A stretch of DNA of 64,000 nucleotides from NCBI GenBank assembly GCA_964384025.1, contig CAYLJJ010000002.1, forward strand, positions 130,189 through 194,188, given 5' to 3'. Origin of the DNA: an uncultured Nannocystaceae bacterium. GTDB lineage: Bacteria > Myxococcota_A > Bradymonadia > UBA7976 > UBA1532. Shown one piece after another: positions 1 to 10,135 of the stretch. Position 1 is the first letter of the stretch; each line of letters begins with the position of its first letter. The translations under genes and the position numbers were made by a program. The notes beneath the pieces are model-generated. The model ran no database searches. It saw only the letters and a list, made by a program, of their open reading frames with translations, and had not been told where the DNA came from.

Positions 1-2
1 TC

Positions 3-3000
3 CAGCGCGAGGTTAAGGCTTACGCGAACTCAGATCGAGATGGTTGGCGAATACATCCCAGACATCTTACCTGGATCATCCCTCATGTAGCTGTGGGACA
101 ACATCACTTCAAAATCCAAGTGCAGAAGATGTCCACAGGGGTGAGTCAATGCCTCTCTGGCTGGCCCAACGGAGCGACAGCCAATAGCCTCTCGGTGCAA
201 GAGATAGAGCCTGCCTCTTTAGGAATCATCCGTGAGATGGCTTACACCAACAGCACCCCTAATGTTTGGACCGCTCTCCCTGGTCGAGATCTGACTCATA
301 TCAAGGAGGAGGCTGCTACCCAGATCCGCATCAGCTATCTGGATACTTTGGGCACCAACATGCTTACGCGGGGTTGGGGTTGTCGTTGGCGCCTCACTGT
401 CGATGGAGAGGCCCACGGTCGTCCCTTCAACACCTATAACAGCGACGCTACTGGCTGGAGGATGGATCCCAGTCACCTTCAGTGGATCATCAGCGATCTC
501 CCAGCCGGTTCCCACCGTTATCGCATCGAAAATTTGCGCCCTGATAACGGCAGCACCGAATATTGCCGCGCAGGCTGGTCCAGCCCTCAGAATCATCTCT
601 TGGCGGAGGAGATTCACCCTGTTCCGGCAGCTGGAGATGGCGGTGACCCCATCCCCGCGCGCACCCCCAGCCCCGATGTCAGTGGCTATTTTGCAGACAA
701 CCGTCACTCTCCTCTTGATTGGGAGGATCTGCCTGGACGCAGCTTTAGTTTTGAGAAGCAGGCAGAGGATACAACCCTCCGAGTGAACTACGAAGATGTC
801 TTGGGCTATGACATGATCAGCGAAAACCCAGCCTGCGCTTGGCGTCTTCAGGTTGATAACATCAATTATGAACCCTTCGCGGGCTTCTCCAGCTCGGCGC
901 TGGGTTTGCGGCTCTGGCCCAGCAGTCTGGAGTGGTATCTGGAGGGCCTGCGAGCTGGAGTGCATAACTTCCAGATTCAGGTACGTCAACTTCCAGGCGC
1001 AGGACAGTGCCTCGCGGGCTGGATCGAGGGAGAGACGGAGAACTTTATTGAGGTAGAGGAGCTGGACTCTGCTCGCCTCGCGATCACTCAAGGGATGAGC
1101 GAGGAGGTCACCGCATCGACCTCTTGGGTTGATGTCCCTGGCCGCAGCGTGACCTACCAGAAGCAGGATGAGGAGACACACCTTAAGGTCTCCTATATGG
1201 ACAACTTGGGCTACAACATGAAGTCCTCAGGCGTTGGCTGTCACTGGCGCTTGACCATGGATGGGGCGGTGATGCAGCAAGAGGTTAAGACCTATAGCAA
1301 CACCAGCCATGATGGTTGGCGGATCCACCCCAGGCACCTGGTCTGGGTCCTTCCCCATATTGCGATGGGACAACACACCTTCAAACTCCAGATCATCAAG
1401 GCATCGACAGGGGTCAGTCAGTGCCTCACAGGTTGGCCCAGCGGGGGGGTAGGGAACAGCTTTGTGGTCCAAGAGCTTGATGTCGATGAGGCCAGCATCA
1501 TTCGGAATCTCAGTTATCAGCAATCCGCGCCTGATGTATGGACCAACATCACCAGTCGAGATCTAGTTCATGAGAAGCGGGGCGCTCACACTCAGGTGAG
1601 GATCACCTATACGGACACCTTGGGGATTACGATGACGACTCGAGGCTGGGGTTGTCGTTGGCGTCTCACCGTAGATGGAGCGGTGAGGGGGCGCCCCTTC
1701 AACACCTATAACAGCGACGCGACCGGTTGGCGTACAGATCCCAGCTATCTTCAGTGGGTGGTCAATGATCTGGAACCAGGAGAGCACCGCTATAGGATAC
1801 AGCTGCTGCGCCCAGATGCGCAGACAAGCAGCGCCTGTAGAGCAGGGCACGGCTCACCTCACAACTTCCTTTTTGTTGAGGAGGTCAACCCAGAGGTGAT
1901 CGACGACAGCCTCCCCACCGCAGGGCGAGAAGCCAGCACCGAGGTCAGCGACTACGCTCCAGACAGTCGCCTCAGTCCAGGGGCCTGGACTGATCTACCT
2001 GGGCGCCTCTTCCTGTTTAATAAGGCGACAGCTGAGAGCACGCTGCGGGTGAACTATGCAGATGTCCTGGGCTATGACATGCAAGCTGAGGGTCCCGCTT
2101 GTTCCTGGCGTTTGAGCGTCAATGGAGCTGCGACGCGCAGCTTTGGAGGGAACAGTAGTCAAGCCCATGGCCTGCGACTCTGGCCTACAAACCTGGAATG
2201 GTTCCTCAAAGATCTGCCCGCTGGTCCCCTGGAATTCAAGATCCAAGTTCTTAAAGGGGCTGGAGCTACTCAGTGCTTAGCGGGTTGGCAACAAGGTGAT
2301 GCTGAGAACTTTATCGAGGTGGAGGAGTTGGACTCCTACTATGTTGGGGTCACCGAAGAGATGGGGGAGAGCGCAACGGCATCTACAAGCTGGGTAGATG
2401 TACCTGGTAGAGTGCTGGTGTATGAAAAAAAGGAAGATGATAGCGCCATGAAGGTTCATTATATGGATAACCTTGGCTATAATATGTCATCAAGCGGCTG
2501 GGCCTGCAACTGGCGTTTACTTATGGATGATAAAGTCATCCAACAAGAGGCAAAGGCTTATAGTAACACAAGTAAGGATGGATGGCGTACACATCCTAAT
2601 AACCTCTCTTGGTTGATCTTAGACGCGGCCTTGGGAGAGCACACCTTCAAGATCCAAGTCATCAAGGCTTCTACAGGAGTCAGTCAGTGTGTCTCCGGCT
2701 GGCCCAACGCAGAGGTCGCCAACAGCCTCAGCGTTCAGGAGTTCAATGGGGGAGAGATGGCCCTCAAGCGAGAGATGGCTTACACCAACAGTACTCCTAA
2801 CAGCTGGAGCAATCTGCCCTCACGTGACATTGTTCATGATAAACAGGAGGTGGAGAGTCAGATCCGAGTGACCTATACAGATACCCTAGGGACCAGCATG
2901 CTCACTCGGGGTTGGGGCTGCCGTTGGCAGCTCACCGTAGACAATGAGGTCAAGGGTCGTCCCTACAGCAGCTATAACAGCAACGCTACGGGTTGGAGGA

Positions 3001-5684
3001 TGGATCCCAGCCGCCTTCAGTGGATCGTCAACGGTCTGAGCACCGGGGCTCATCAGTATCGTATTCAGCTCGTTCGTCCAGATACACTCACCACCGAATA
3101 CTGTCGTGCAGGCTGGTCCAGCCCTCAAAACTCTCTATTGATCGAGGAGATTGGTCGCGAGGTCCCAGAGCCACCTCCAGGGCTGCCTCCTCGGGTGGCC
3201 AGCGCCGAGGTGAGCGATTACCTCGCCTATACAGAGTTGAGCCCTCAGGACTGGACAGATCTGCCTGGACGAGAGTTTGGCTTTAACAAGAGCTCAGCGG
3301 AGAGCGTCCTGCGCCTTAACTACAGCGACATGTTGGGCTACAACATGAACAGCGAAGGCCCCGCCTGCTCCTGGCGTCTCTTGGTGGACAACACGCCCAC
3401 TCGAACCTTTGGAGGCTTCAGCAGTGAGGCTCGAGGGGTACGGCTCTGGCCCAGCAGCTTAGAATGGCACCTAGAGGGCCTCAGCCAGGGGGCTCATCAG
3501 TTCAAGATCCAGGTCAAGCGAGGTGCAGGGGTCTCTCAGTGCTATGCAGGCTGGTCTGATGGAGAGGCAGAGAACTTCATTGAGGTAGAGGAGCTGGAGG
3601 CCAGCCGTACAGGGATCACGCTGCATATGGGCGAGAACGCAACTAACTCCACAAGCTGGGTGGATCTCCCTGGTCGTACATTAATTCACCATAAACAAGA
3701 GGATCCAACCATTATCAAGGTCTCTTATATGGACAATTTGGGCTATAACATGTCTGCGGCAGGCTGGGCTTGTCACTGGCGTTTGCTCATGGATAATGCC
3801 GTGGTTCAGAAGGAGGCCATGGCCTATGCCAACTCCAGCCATGATGGCTGGAGAACACACCCGCATAATCTATCCTGGGTCATTCCCCATGTTTCTATGG
3901 GACAACATACATTCAAGATTCAAGTTAAGAAGCTCTCTACTGGAGTCAGCCAATGTATATCAGGTTGGCCCGATGGACAGGTGGCCAACGCTCTGGTAGT
4001 TCAAGAGTTTGATGGCAGTGATATCGCCATTCGACAAGATCTTTCCTATGTATCCAGTGCTCCTAACAGTTGGACAAATATCACTAATCGAGACCTAAAC
4101 CATGAGAAGAAGGCTGAAGCAAGCCAGATCCGCGTCACTTATGTAGACAGTCTAGGCGTAGAGATGCTCCTGCGAGGTCAGGGCTGTCGTTGGCAGCTCA
4201 CGGTCGATGATCAGCCCCAGGGTCGCCCCTACAACACCTACAACAGCGAGGCTACAGGTTGGCGCCTGGGCTACGGTAAGATGCAGTGGATCATCAACGG
4301 CTTGAGCGCAGCATCTCACAACTACAAAGTCCGGATGGTTCGCCCCGATGCGAGCCGAACGAACGCGTGTAGGCAGGGCTGGAACACACCCCAGAACTAC
4401 CTTATGGTCGAGGAGATTGGTCATCAACCTCAGGCCCCTGTCCCTCTGCCCGATCGAGGCGCCAGCGCCCAGAACAGCGGAAACTTTCCTGAGAATCAGC
4501 AAAGCTCAAACGCCTGGGAAGATCTCCCAGGGCGTAGCTTTGACTTCAATAAAGCTGGAGCGGCGAGCAATCTGCGGGTGAGCTACTCCGATGTCTTGGG
4601 CTATGACATGATCGGGGAGGCTTCCGCCTGTGCTTGGCGCCTGCTCTTGGATGGTGTTGCTCAAAAGAGCTTTGGGGGCTACTCCAGCAAAGCGAACGGC
4701 CCTCGGCTCTGGCCTACGAAGATGGAGTGGTACTTTGAGGGCTTGGCGGCGGGCGCTCACAACCTGAAGATCCAGCAGCGACGTGATGCTGGAGCGGGGC
4801 GCTGCTTGGCGGGCTGGCCTGATGGAGAAGCGGAGAACTTCATTCAGGTGGAAGAGCTGGCTCCCGACCGCTCGGAGATTGTCCAGGATATGGGAGAGAG
4901 CGCTACAGCCTCCACAAGCTGGGTGGATGTCCCAGGGCGCAGCCTCAGCTATAATAAAGCGGAGGAGCTGAGCCTATTGAAGGTCTCCTACATGGACGAC
5001 CTGGGTTACAATATGAACGCCGCCGGTTGGGCTTGTCACTGGCGTCTGCTTATGGATGGTACTGCCGTGCAGCAGGAGGCCAAAGCCTATGCCAATGCAC
5101 GCAAGGGCTGGCGTACGCATCCCCGAGATCTCAATTGGGTGATCTCCGATGTTCCCTCAGGCCCGCATGACTTTAAGATCCAGGTAAAAAAGATGTCCAC
5201 AGGGGTGAGTCAATGCATCTCGGGATGGCCCAATGGTGGCGTAGCCAACAGCTTCGTGGTTGAGGAGGTCCCAGAGGATTCGCTTACGATCATCCGGGGG
5301 ATGGCCTACACCAACAGCACCCCTAACTCCTGGACCGCTCTCCCCAGCCGCGATCTGAGCCACACCAAGGCGGAAGCCGGCACTCGAATCCGGGTCAGCT
5401 ATATGGACACCATCGGCACCAGCATGCTCAAGCGAGGCTGGGGTTGTCGTTGGCGTCTCAACGTGGATACCCTGCCTCAGGGTCGCATCTACAGCAGCTA
5501 TAACAGTGATGCTACAGGCTGGCGAATGGACCCGACAGAGATGGAGTGGATCATCCCAGGATTGCCTGCCGGAGAGCATCGCTATCGCATCGAATTGCTG
5601 CGTCCAGACAACACCACCACCGAATACTGCCGCGCCGGTTGGTCCAGTCCTCAGAACTTCCTTCTCATCGAAGAGCTGCCCTGA
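3..5684 (+). CDS. 5'-truncated giant secreted or surface repeat protein, built from about 4.4 tandem copies of a 422-aa (A-B-C) supermodule; each roughly 140-aa module carries conserved Trp residues and two Cys; family not recognised
   Basis: The frame-3 reading frame is open from the first bases of the window (QREVKAYANSDRDGWRIHPRHLTWIIPHVAVGQHHFKIQV precedes the track's Met at 93), so the gene starts upstream of the window. The motif G(Q/E)H.FKIQV.K.STGVSQC..GWP recurs at about nt 100, 1370, 2637, 3903 and 5163, giving a period of about 1267 bp. Other repeated motifs are LGYNM..G..C.WRL and GWR.HP..L.W. Confidence 0.75.
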   Translation, partial: QREVKAYANSDRDGWRIHPRHLTWIIPHVAVGQHHFKIQVQKMSTGVSQCLSGWPNGATANSLSVQEIEPASLGIIREMAYTNSTPNVWTALPGRDLTHIKEEAATQIRISYLDTLGTNMLTRGWGCRWRLTVDGEAHGRPFNTYNSDATGWRMDPSHLQWIISDLPAGSHRYRIENLRPDNGSTEYCRAGWSSPQNHLLAEEIHPVPAAGDGGDPIPARTPSPDVSGYFADNRHSPLDWEDLPGRSFSFEKQAEDTTLRVNYEDVLGYDMISENPACAWRLQVDNINYEPFAGFSSSALGLRLWPSSLEWYLEGLRAGVHNFQIQVRQLPGAGQCLAGWIEGETENFIEVEELDSARLAITQGMSEEVTASTSWVDVPGRSVTYQKQDEETHLKVSYMDNLGYNMKSSGVGCHWRLTMDGAVMQQEVKTYSNTSHDGWRIHPRHLVWVLPHIAMGQHTFKLQIIKASTGVSQCLTGWPSGGVGNSFVVQELDVDEASIIRNLSYQQSAPDVWTNITSRDLVHEKRGAHTQVRITYTDTLGITMTTRGWGCRWRLTVDGAVRGRPFNTYNSDATGWRTDPSYLQWVVNDLEPGEHRYRIQLLRPDAQTSSACRAGHGSPHNFLFVEEVNPEVIDDSLPTAGREASTEVSDYAPDSRLSPGAWTDLPGRLFLFNKATAESTLRVNYADVLGYDMQAEGPACSWRLSVNGAATRSFGGNSSQAHGLRLWPTNLEWFLKDLPAGPLEFKIQVLKGAGATQCLAGWQQGDAENFIEVEELDSYYVGVTEEMGESATASTSWVDVPGRVLVYEKKEDDSAMKVHYMDNLGYNMSSSGWACNWRLLMDDKVIQQEAKAYSNTSKDGWRTHPNNLSWLILDAALGEHTFKIQVIKASTGVSQCVSGWPNAEVANSLSVQEFNGGEMALKREMAYTNSTPNSWSNLPSRDIVHDKQEVESQIRVTYTDTLGTSMLTRGWGCRWQLTVDNEVKGRPYSSYNSNATGWRMDPSRLQWIVNGLSTGAHQYRIQLVRPDTLTTEYCRAGWSSPQNSLLIEEIGREVPEPPPGLPPRVASAEVSDYLAYTELSPQDWTDLPGREFGFNKSSAESVLRLNYSDMLGYNMNSEGPACSWRLLVDNTPTRTFGGFSSEARGVRLWPSSLEWHLEGLSQGAHQFKIQVKRGAGVSQCYAGWSDGEAENFIEVEELEASRTGITLHMGENATNSTSWVDLPGRTLIHHKQEDPTIIKVSYMDNLGYNMSAAGWACHWRLLMDNAVVQKEAMAYANSSHDGWRTHPHNLSWVIPHVSMGQHTFKIQVKKLSTGVSQCISGWPDGQVANALVVQEFDGSDIAIRQDLSYVSSAPNSWTNITNRDLNHEKKAEASQIRVTYVDSLGVEMLLRGQGCRWQLTVDDQPQGRPYNTYNSEATGWRLGYGKMQWIINGLSAASHNYKVRMVRPDASRTNACRQGWNTPQNYLMVEEIGHQPQAPVPLPDRGASAQNSGNFPENQQSSNAWEDLPGRSFDFNKAGAASNLRVSYSDVLGYDMIGEASACAWRLLLDGVAQKSFGGYSSKANGPRLWPTKMEWYFEGLAAGAHNLKIQQRRDAGAGRCLAGWPDGEAENFIQVEELAPDRSEIVQDMGESATASTSWVDVPGRSLSYNKAEELSLLKVSYMDDLGYNMNAAGWACHWRLLMDGTAVQQEAKAYANARKGWRTHPRDLNWVISDVPSGPHDFKIQVKKMSTGVSQCISGWPNGGVANSFVVEEVPEDSLTIIRGMAYTNSTPNSWTALPSRDLSHTKAEAGTRIRVSYMDTIGTSMLKRGWGCRWRLNVDTLPQGRIYSSYNSDATGWRMDPTEMEWIIPGLPAGEHRYRIELLRPDNTTTEYCRAGWSSPQNFLLIEELP
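3..5684 (+). repeat. Intragenic tandem DNA repeat, period about 1.27 kb, about 4.4 copies; the first and last copies are nearly identical over about 30 nt
   Basis: 'aagatgtccacaggggtgagtcaatgc' is present at about nt 125 and again at about nt 5190; intermediate copies are diverged. Confidence 0.7.
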
Positions 5685-5735
5685 GATAAAGCAGGGCGCT
5701 CCGAGATAGATCGGTCGCCCTCAAATCAGGAGAAT

Positions 5736-6362
5736 ATGCAGGACCCCATCATCCTTGGCCCGAGAGCCATCCAAGCGATCAGCGGCGCAGTTGATGAGCT
5801 GCTGCCCTGGTTGGCGCGCTCCAAATATCGAATCAGGGAGGATGGCGCCCTGGAGTTTCAGGAGCCTGAGCCCGCTGAAGCCCTGCTCAACCTCCAACGG
5901 TATGTAGAGGGCGCGCTGCCGGGAGAGATCTTAGAGCAGATTGGGAGCCGCAGCGGCTTGGGCTGGCCTAAGTTCTTTGGACAGGTGGTCAGCTTCTGGT
6001 TGCCCCAACGCCGCTACCTGGGTTTTCTACGTGCCCTCACAGATCGAGCTGCGCTCCATCAGATCCAGCTCAAGCTGCACTGGAATCTAGGTCGCCAAGT
6101 TCCGGTGCAGTATCGTAAACCAGGGCAGGATGCTCTGCTCTGGGGAGGCGGCGCGGGCCTCGTGGGCGCTTTCCTGGTCACCCGAATTTGGCGGGGAGAG
6201 CCGATAGCCGCGCTCCTGGCTCTGGCCGCTGGCTTGGTGGCCGGGCGCATCTATCAGCGGGCAGCACGCCTGCGAATCTGTGGAGACTCTCTCTGTCGAG
6301 CGCCCGCAGGTCGCGCCAATAGCTGCCCATCTTGTGGGGCTGATCTTCGGAAACCTGGATGA
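5736..6362 (+). CDS. Hypothetical protein with one predicted TM segment and a C-terminal CxxC...CPSC zinc-ribbon-like motif; first gene of a translationally coupled operon
   Basis: The ORF has an RBS (GGAGAATATG). A hydrophobic stretch LVGAFLV...ALLALAAGLVAG is present, and the protein ends ICGDSLCRAPAGRANSCPSCGADL. Its stop overlaps the mutY start (ATGA). Confidence 0.5.
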   Translation: MQDPIILGPRAIQAISGAVDELLPWLARSKYRIREDGALEFQEPEPAEALLNLQRYVEGALPGEILEQIGSRSGLGWPKFFGQVVSFWLPQRRYLGFLRALTDRAALHQIQLKLHWNLGRQVPVQYRKPGQDALLWGGGAGLVGAFLVTRIWRGEPIAALLALAAGLVAGRIYQRAARLRICGDSLCRAPAGRANSCPSCGADLRKPG

Positions 6363-7411
6363 GCTCCCTACGCGCCGCGCTCCTAACCTGGTATGAGCGT
6401 CACCGCCGCGCGTTGCCCTGGCGAGAGCGACCCAGCCCTTGGCGAGTCTGGGTCTCTGAGATCATGCTTCAACAGACCCGCAGCGCCTCAGTGATCCCCT
6501 ATTTTGAGCGTTTTCTGGCGCGCTTCCCCGATCCTGAGAGCCTCGCCCTGGCCCCGCAAGATGAGCTGTTGGGGCTCTGGGCTGGCCTGGGCTACTACGC
6601 CCGCGCTCGCAACCTCCAGAAGGCGGCGAGACAGGTGATAGCGCGACATGGAGGGGTGGTTCCTAACGATCCTGAAGCTTTTAGAGCCTTAGCTGGAGTA
6701 GGGGAGTACAGCTGTGGAGCGGTGATGTCCATCGCCTTTGGCCTAGAGACCCCCATCCTGGACGGGAACGTCGTCCGGCTCCTCTGCCGCCTCCATCGTA
6801 TCGCTGAAGATCCCCGTAAGGCGGCGACGCGCAAGCGGCTCTGGGGGCTCTCAGCGGCTCTGGTGAAGGGTGAGCGGCCAGGAGATCTCAACCAAGCTTT
6901 GATGGAGATGGGCGCTCAGATCTGTACTCCTCGGGCACCGCGCTGCTTACTCTGCCCTATTCGTGAGCATTGCCAAGCCCTCGCTGCGGGAGAGACAGAT
7001 GTTCTCCCCCTTAAAGCAACCCCTAAGCCTCGCCTGCTGATCAAGCGGGTGGCCGCGCTCCTTCAGACGAGGGTGGGTCTCTGCTTGGGCCGTCGCCCTG
7101 AAGAGGGGATGTTGGGGGGGCTTTGGGAACTGCCCGCTCTAGAGGCTGAGAGCGCCGAGGCCTTGAAGCGCCTAGGATTAGAACCTGGAGCCCTGCTCGC
7201 TCAGGTGGAGCATCGCTTCACACATCGAATCTGGAAGACTCAGATCTTTCGTGCTCAGGGAGAGATCCAAGCTCAGGCGCTGAGCTACACTCGCCTTGAG
7301 TTTCTCCCTGAGGAGCGGCTGCCCAGCTTGGGGCTCAGCGGTCCCAGCCTTAAGGCCCTAAGAGCCTGTGGCTTTAAAATCCCCCATCGAAGAGGGGCAG
7401 GGCCTCGATGA
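6359..7411 (+). CDS. mutY: A/G-specific adenine DNA glycosylase MutY: HhH-GPD domain with a 4Fe-4S cluster loop, plus a C-terminal NUDIX-like domain
   Basis: WYERHRRALPWRE...PW.VW.SEIMLQQT, LGYYARARNL, VGEYSCGAV, and the Cys cluster CTPRAPRCLLCPIREHC. Confidence 0.9.
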   Translation: MSSLRAALLTWYERHRRALPWRERPSPWRVWVSEIMLQQTRSASVIPYFERFLARFPDPESLALAPQDELLGLWAGLGYYARARNLQKAARQVIARHGGVVPNDPEAFRALAGVGEYSCGAVMSIAFGLETPILDGNVVRLLCRLHRIAEDPRKAATRKRLWGLSAALVKGERPGDLNQALMEMGAQICTPRAPRCLLCPIREHCQALAAGETDVLPLKATPKPRLLIKRVAALLQTRVGLCLGRRPEEGMLGGLWELPALEAESAEALKRLGLEPGALLAQVEHRFTHRIWKTQIFRAQGEIQAQALSYTRLEFLPEERLPSLGLSGPSLKALRACGFKIPHRRGAGPR

Positions 7412-8823
7412 ACTCCTCTGCACAGCGCCACCCCATCAGCGTCAGCGAGCTGAGCCGCCGTATCCGCCTGCTCCTAGAGCAGCAAGGCCCTGTCTGGGTC
7501 GAGGGGGAGTTGGGGCAGATCAGCCCTCAACAGAGCGGGCATGTTTATCTGAGCCTTAAAGATCAAGAAGCGCGCATCAGCGCTGTGGTCTGGCGCAATG
7601 TCCGTTCCAAATTGCGCTATGAGCCGGGAGAGGGCAGCCGGGTCCTCATCTATGGCCGCCTGAGCGTTTATGCTCCTAAGGGGGGCTATCAGCTGGTGGT
7701 GGAGCATATCGAGCCTGCCGGTCAGGGGGCGATGCAGCAAGCTTTTGAAGCGCTCAAAGCGCGCCTAGCGGCTGAAGGTTTCTTTGCTCAGGAGCGTAAG
7801 CGCCGCCTCCCGCTCCTGCCTCGCCGGGTAGGAGTGATCACCAGCCCTACCAGCGCTGCACGGCGAGATATTGAGGCGGTCCTCCACCGCCGCTCTCCTC
7901 AGATCCCAATTTTGCTCTACCCCGCCTTGGTGCAGGGGGAACAGGCTGCCGCTGATCTCGTCGCAGGGCTCTGGGCTTTGAGTCAGGCTCCTGGGATCGA
8001 CTTGATCATCCTGGCGCGTGGCGGAGGCAGCGCAGAGTCGCTCTGGGCTTTCAATGATGAGCGCTTGGCTCGCAGTATCGCTGCCTGCCCGCTCCCAGTA
8101 ATCACGGGGGTGGGTCATGAGACCGACATCACCATCGCAGATCTCGTCGCAGATCTGCGGGCTGCGACCCCCTCTGAGGCGGCGGAGAAGGCGGTCCCAG
8201 TGCGCCAGAAGCTGTTTCAGGATCTCGACCTGCTCTGGCAGCGTATGGAGCAGGCTCTCTTTACGCGGATGCAGCGAGCCCGACAGCTCTTGCTGCTCCT
8301 ACAGCGCCGCGCCAGCCTGGATCTGGGCCTGGATCATCGCCGCCTGCATCTCAGCCGCCTCTCTCGGCGCTTGGAGGGAGAGAGCTTCGCTCAAATCCGC
8401 CGTCGACGGCTGCAGCTTGAGGCCCTGGCTCAGCGCTTGAGGGAGCGAGATCCTGCCCGCGCCCTGGGTCAGGCGAGGCTGCGCCTGGAGAGCGCACGGG
8501 CACGCCTGCTTCTCCTGGGCCCAGGGCTCTGTCTCTTGGGGCGTCGTCGCCTTGAGCACTACAGCGAGCGCTTGGAGCGAGCGACTCAGACACTCTTGAA
8601 CCGACGACGAAGCGCCTTGGCTCAGCTCCTGGGACCTCTCCGAGCGCTCTCCCCTCTGGCCAGCTTAGAGCGCGGCTACAGCATCACCTTGGGTCCAAAG
8701 GGTGCTGTGACTGAGGCTGAGAGCTTGAGCGCGGGTGACACCGTCCAGATTCGCCTCTATCATGGGCAACTTGAGGCGGTGGTGACCGCCATCCGTCCCC
8801 CTGAGCATCAGGAGAAAGCTTGA
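7408..8823 (+). CDS. xseA: Exodeoxyribonuclease VII large subunit
   Basis: N-terminal OB fold (VWVEGELGQIS...SGHVYLSLKD), then the catalytic region GVITSPTSAARRDI, ILARGGGS and ITGVGHETD. There is a 4-nt overlap with both mutY and xseB. Confidence 0.9.
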   Translation: MNSSAQRHPISVSELSRRIRLLLEQQGPVWVEGELGQISPQQSGHVYLSLKDQEARISAVVWRNVRSKLRYEPGEGSRVLIYGRLSVYAPKGGYQLVVEHIEPAGQGAMQQAFEALKARLAAEGFFAQERKRRLPLLPRRVGVITSPTSAARRDIEAVLHRRSPQIPILLYPALVQGEQAAADLVAGLWALSQAPGIDLIILARGGGSAESLWAFNDERLARSIAACPLPVITGVGHETDITIADLVADLRAATPSEAAEKAVPVRQKLFQDLDLLWQRMEQALFTRMQRARQLLLLLQRRASLDLGLDHRRLHLSRLSRRLEGESFAQIRRRRLQLEALAQRLRERDPARALGQARLRLESARARLLLLGPGLCLLGRRRLEHYSERLERATQTLLNRRRSALAQLLGPLRALSPLASLERGYSITLGPKGAVTEAESLSAGDTVQIRLYHGQLEAVVTAIRPPEHQEKA

Positions 8824-9032
8824 GCGAGACGCAGAGAGCCCGAGAGCCTCAATTTGAGGAGGTCGTAGAGGAGCTACAAGCCCTTGTAGAGCAGCTTGAG
8901 GCGGGTCAACTGCCGCTGGACCGTGCTTTGGAGCTTTATGAGCGTGGAGTCCGCTTGGCCCGCACAGGCAACAGCCTTTTGGAGGGAGCTGAGCGCCGCG
9001 TAGAAGAGCTGCGGCGGAGCGGGGGGCGTTGA
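8820..9032 (+). CDS. xseB: Exodeoxyribonuclease VII small subunit
   Basis: A 70-aa helical protein with FEE..EELQALVEQLEAGQLPLDRALELYERGVRL, immediately downstream of and overlapping xseA. Confidence 0.8.
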   Translation: MSETQRAREPQFEEVVEELQALVEQLEAGQLPLDRALELYERGVRLARTGNSLLEGAERRVEELRRSGGR

Positions 9033-9766
9033 GACCCAAGCTGCGAGCTGATGCCCTACTCTTAGAGCGGGGTCTGGCCTCAGATCTACATAACGCCCGC
9101 GCCCTGATCATGGCTGGCCAAGTCCTGAGTGGAGATCGCCGCATAGAGAAGGCGGGCGAGCCCCTGTTACGCTCCACTCCTCTGCGCCTCAAGCGCCGTA
9201 AGCGGCGGGGCTATGTCAGCCGAGGGGGAGAGAAGCTGGAGGGAGGCTTAGAGCACTTTAAGATCGACCCTCAAGGACGCTGCTGCCTTGATCTGGGAGC
9301 CAGCACGGGAGGCTTTAGCGACTGCCTCCTTCAACGAGGGGCTCAGCGCGTCTACGCTGTTGATGTGGGCTATGGCCTCTTAGATTGGAAGCTGCGCGGA
9401 GATGAGCGCCTCATCGCTCTGGAGCGAACCCACGCCCGCGATCTCAGCCCAGAGCTGATCTCTGAACCCATCGATCTCCTGGTGGCCGACATCTCTTTTA
9501 ACGCTTTAGCCCGCATCCTGGAGCCTGCCCTTGAGCTCTTGAGCCGAGGCGCAGATCTGCTGCTCCTGGTCAAACCTCAGTTTGAGCTGCCCAGAGAACA
9601 GGTGCCCAGGGGAGGGGTGATCTATGAAGAGGCTCTTCAACAGCGCGCCTGTGAACGGGTCGCCGCCTCCTTGCAGGGATTGGGCTTGGCGGTTCAAGGT
9701 TGGACCCCTTCTCAACTTAGAGGGACTCGAGGAAATCAGGAGTATCTGCTCTATGCTCAGAGTTGA
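9029..9766 (+). CDS. tlyA: TlyA-family rRNA 2'-O-methyltransferase (hemolysin A-like): S4 domain plus FtsJ-like methyltransferase domain
   Basis: RADALLLERGLASDLHNARALIMAGQV (S4 domain), VSRGGEKL, and CLDLGASTGGFSDCLLQRGAQRVYAVDVGYGLL (SAM-binding). Confidence 0.85.
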   Translation: MRPKLRADALLLERGLASDLHNARALIMAGQVLSGDRRIEKAGEPLLRSTPLRLKRRKRRGYVSRGGEKLEGGLEHFKIDPQGRCCLDLGASTGGFSDCLLQRGAQRVYAVDVGYGLLDWKLRGDERLIALERTHARDLSPELISEPIDLLVADISFNALARILEPALELLSRGADLLLLVKPQFELPREQVPRGGVIYEEALQQRACERVAASLQGLGLAVQGWTPSQLRGTRGNQEYLLYAQS

Positions 9767-10135
9767 GCCTCTCTCTGTTTGAGCTTTCGATTCCAAACAG
9801 CTATCGAACCAATATCTCCTCGAGTATTTTCAACACTTGGGACCAAAATAACGACTGTCCTCAAAGGACTGCTGCATCTCGGGGAGGTGGCCTCAGGTGA
9901 GATTCGACATGCGCTGGCTGTCAGCATCGATCAGATTCGCAACCCGATCGAAGAAACATCCCTGTGAACCGCCTCCGAGTCATTGAGCAGGGTGAGGAGA
10001 GGCAGCGCTGGTATCCTTGAACCACATAAAGGTAGAGTTCCGCGGTATCGTTTTTACCCAAGGCTGGCTCTTTGAACGGGAAGCCAGAGTAAGCGAGGCG
10101 GGTGATTCTATCGTCGGCTCCACCAGGGATAAACC

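Noticed and set aside
219-1181. 320-aa minus-strand ORF, plus several 60-130 aa ORFs, inside the first giant repeat gene
   Set aside because: It is antisense to, or overlaps, a clearly coding, highly repetitive, GC-rich gene. It has no RBS or independent support, and long spurious ORFs are expected in such sequence.
5688-5725. Possible terminator hairpin after the giant gene (AGGGCG ... CGCCCT with a 16-nt loop)
   Set aside because: The stem is short with a large loop, there is no U-tract, and the next gene's RBS follows immediately.
8665-9192. 175-aa minus-strand ORF overlapping xseA, xseB and tlyA
   Set aside because: It overlaps three well-supported conserved genes; its Arg/Ala-rich composition is typical of antisense GC-rich DNA.
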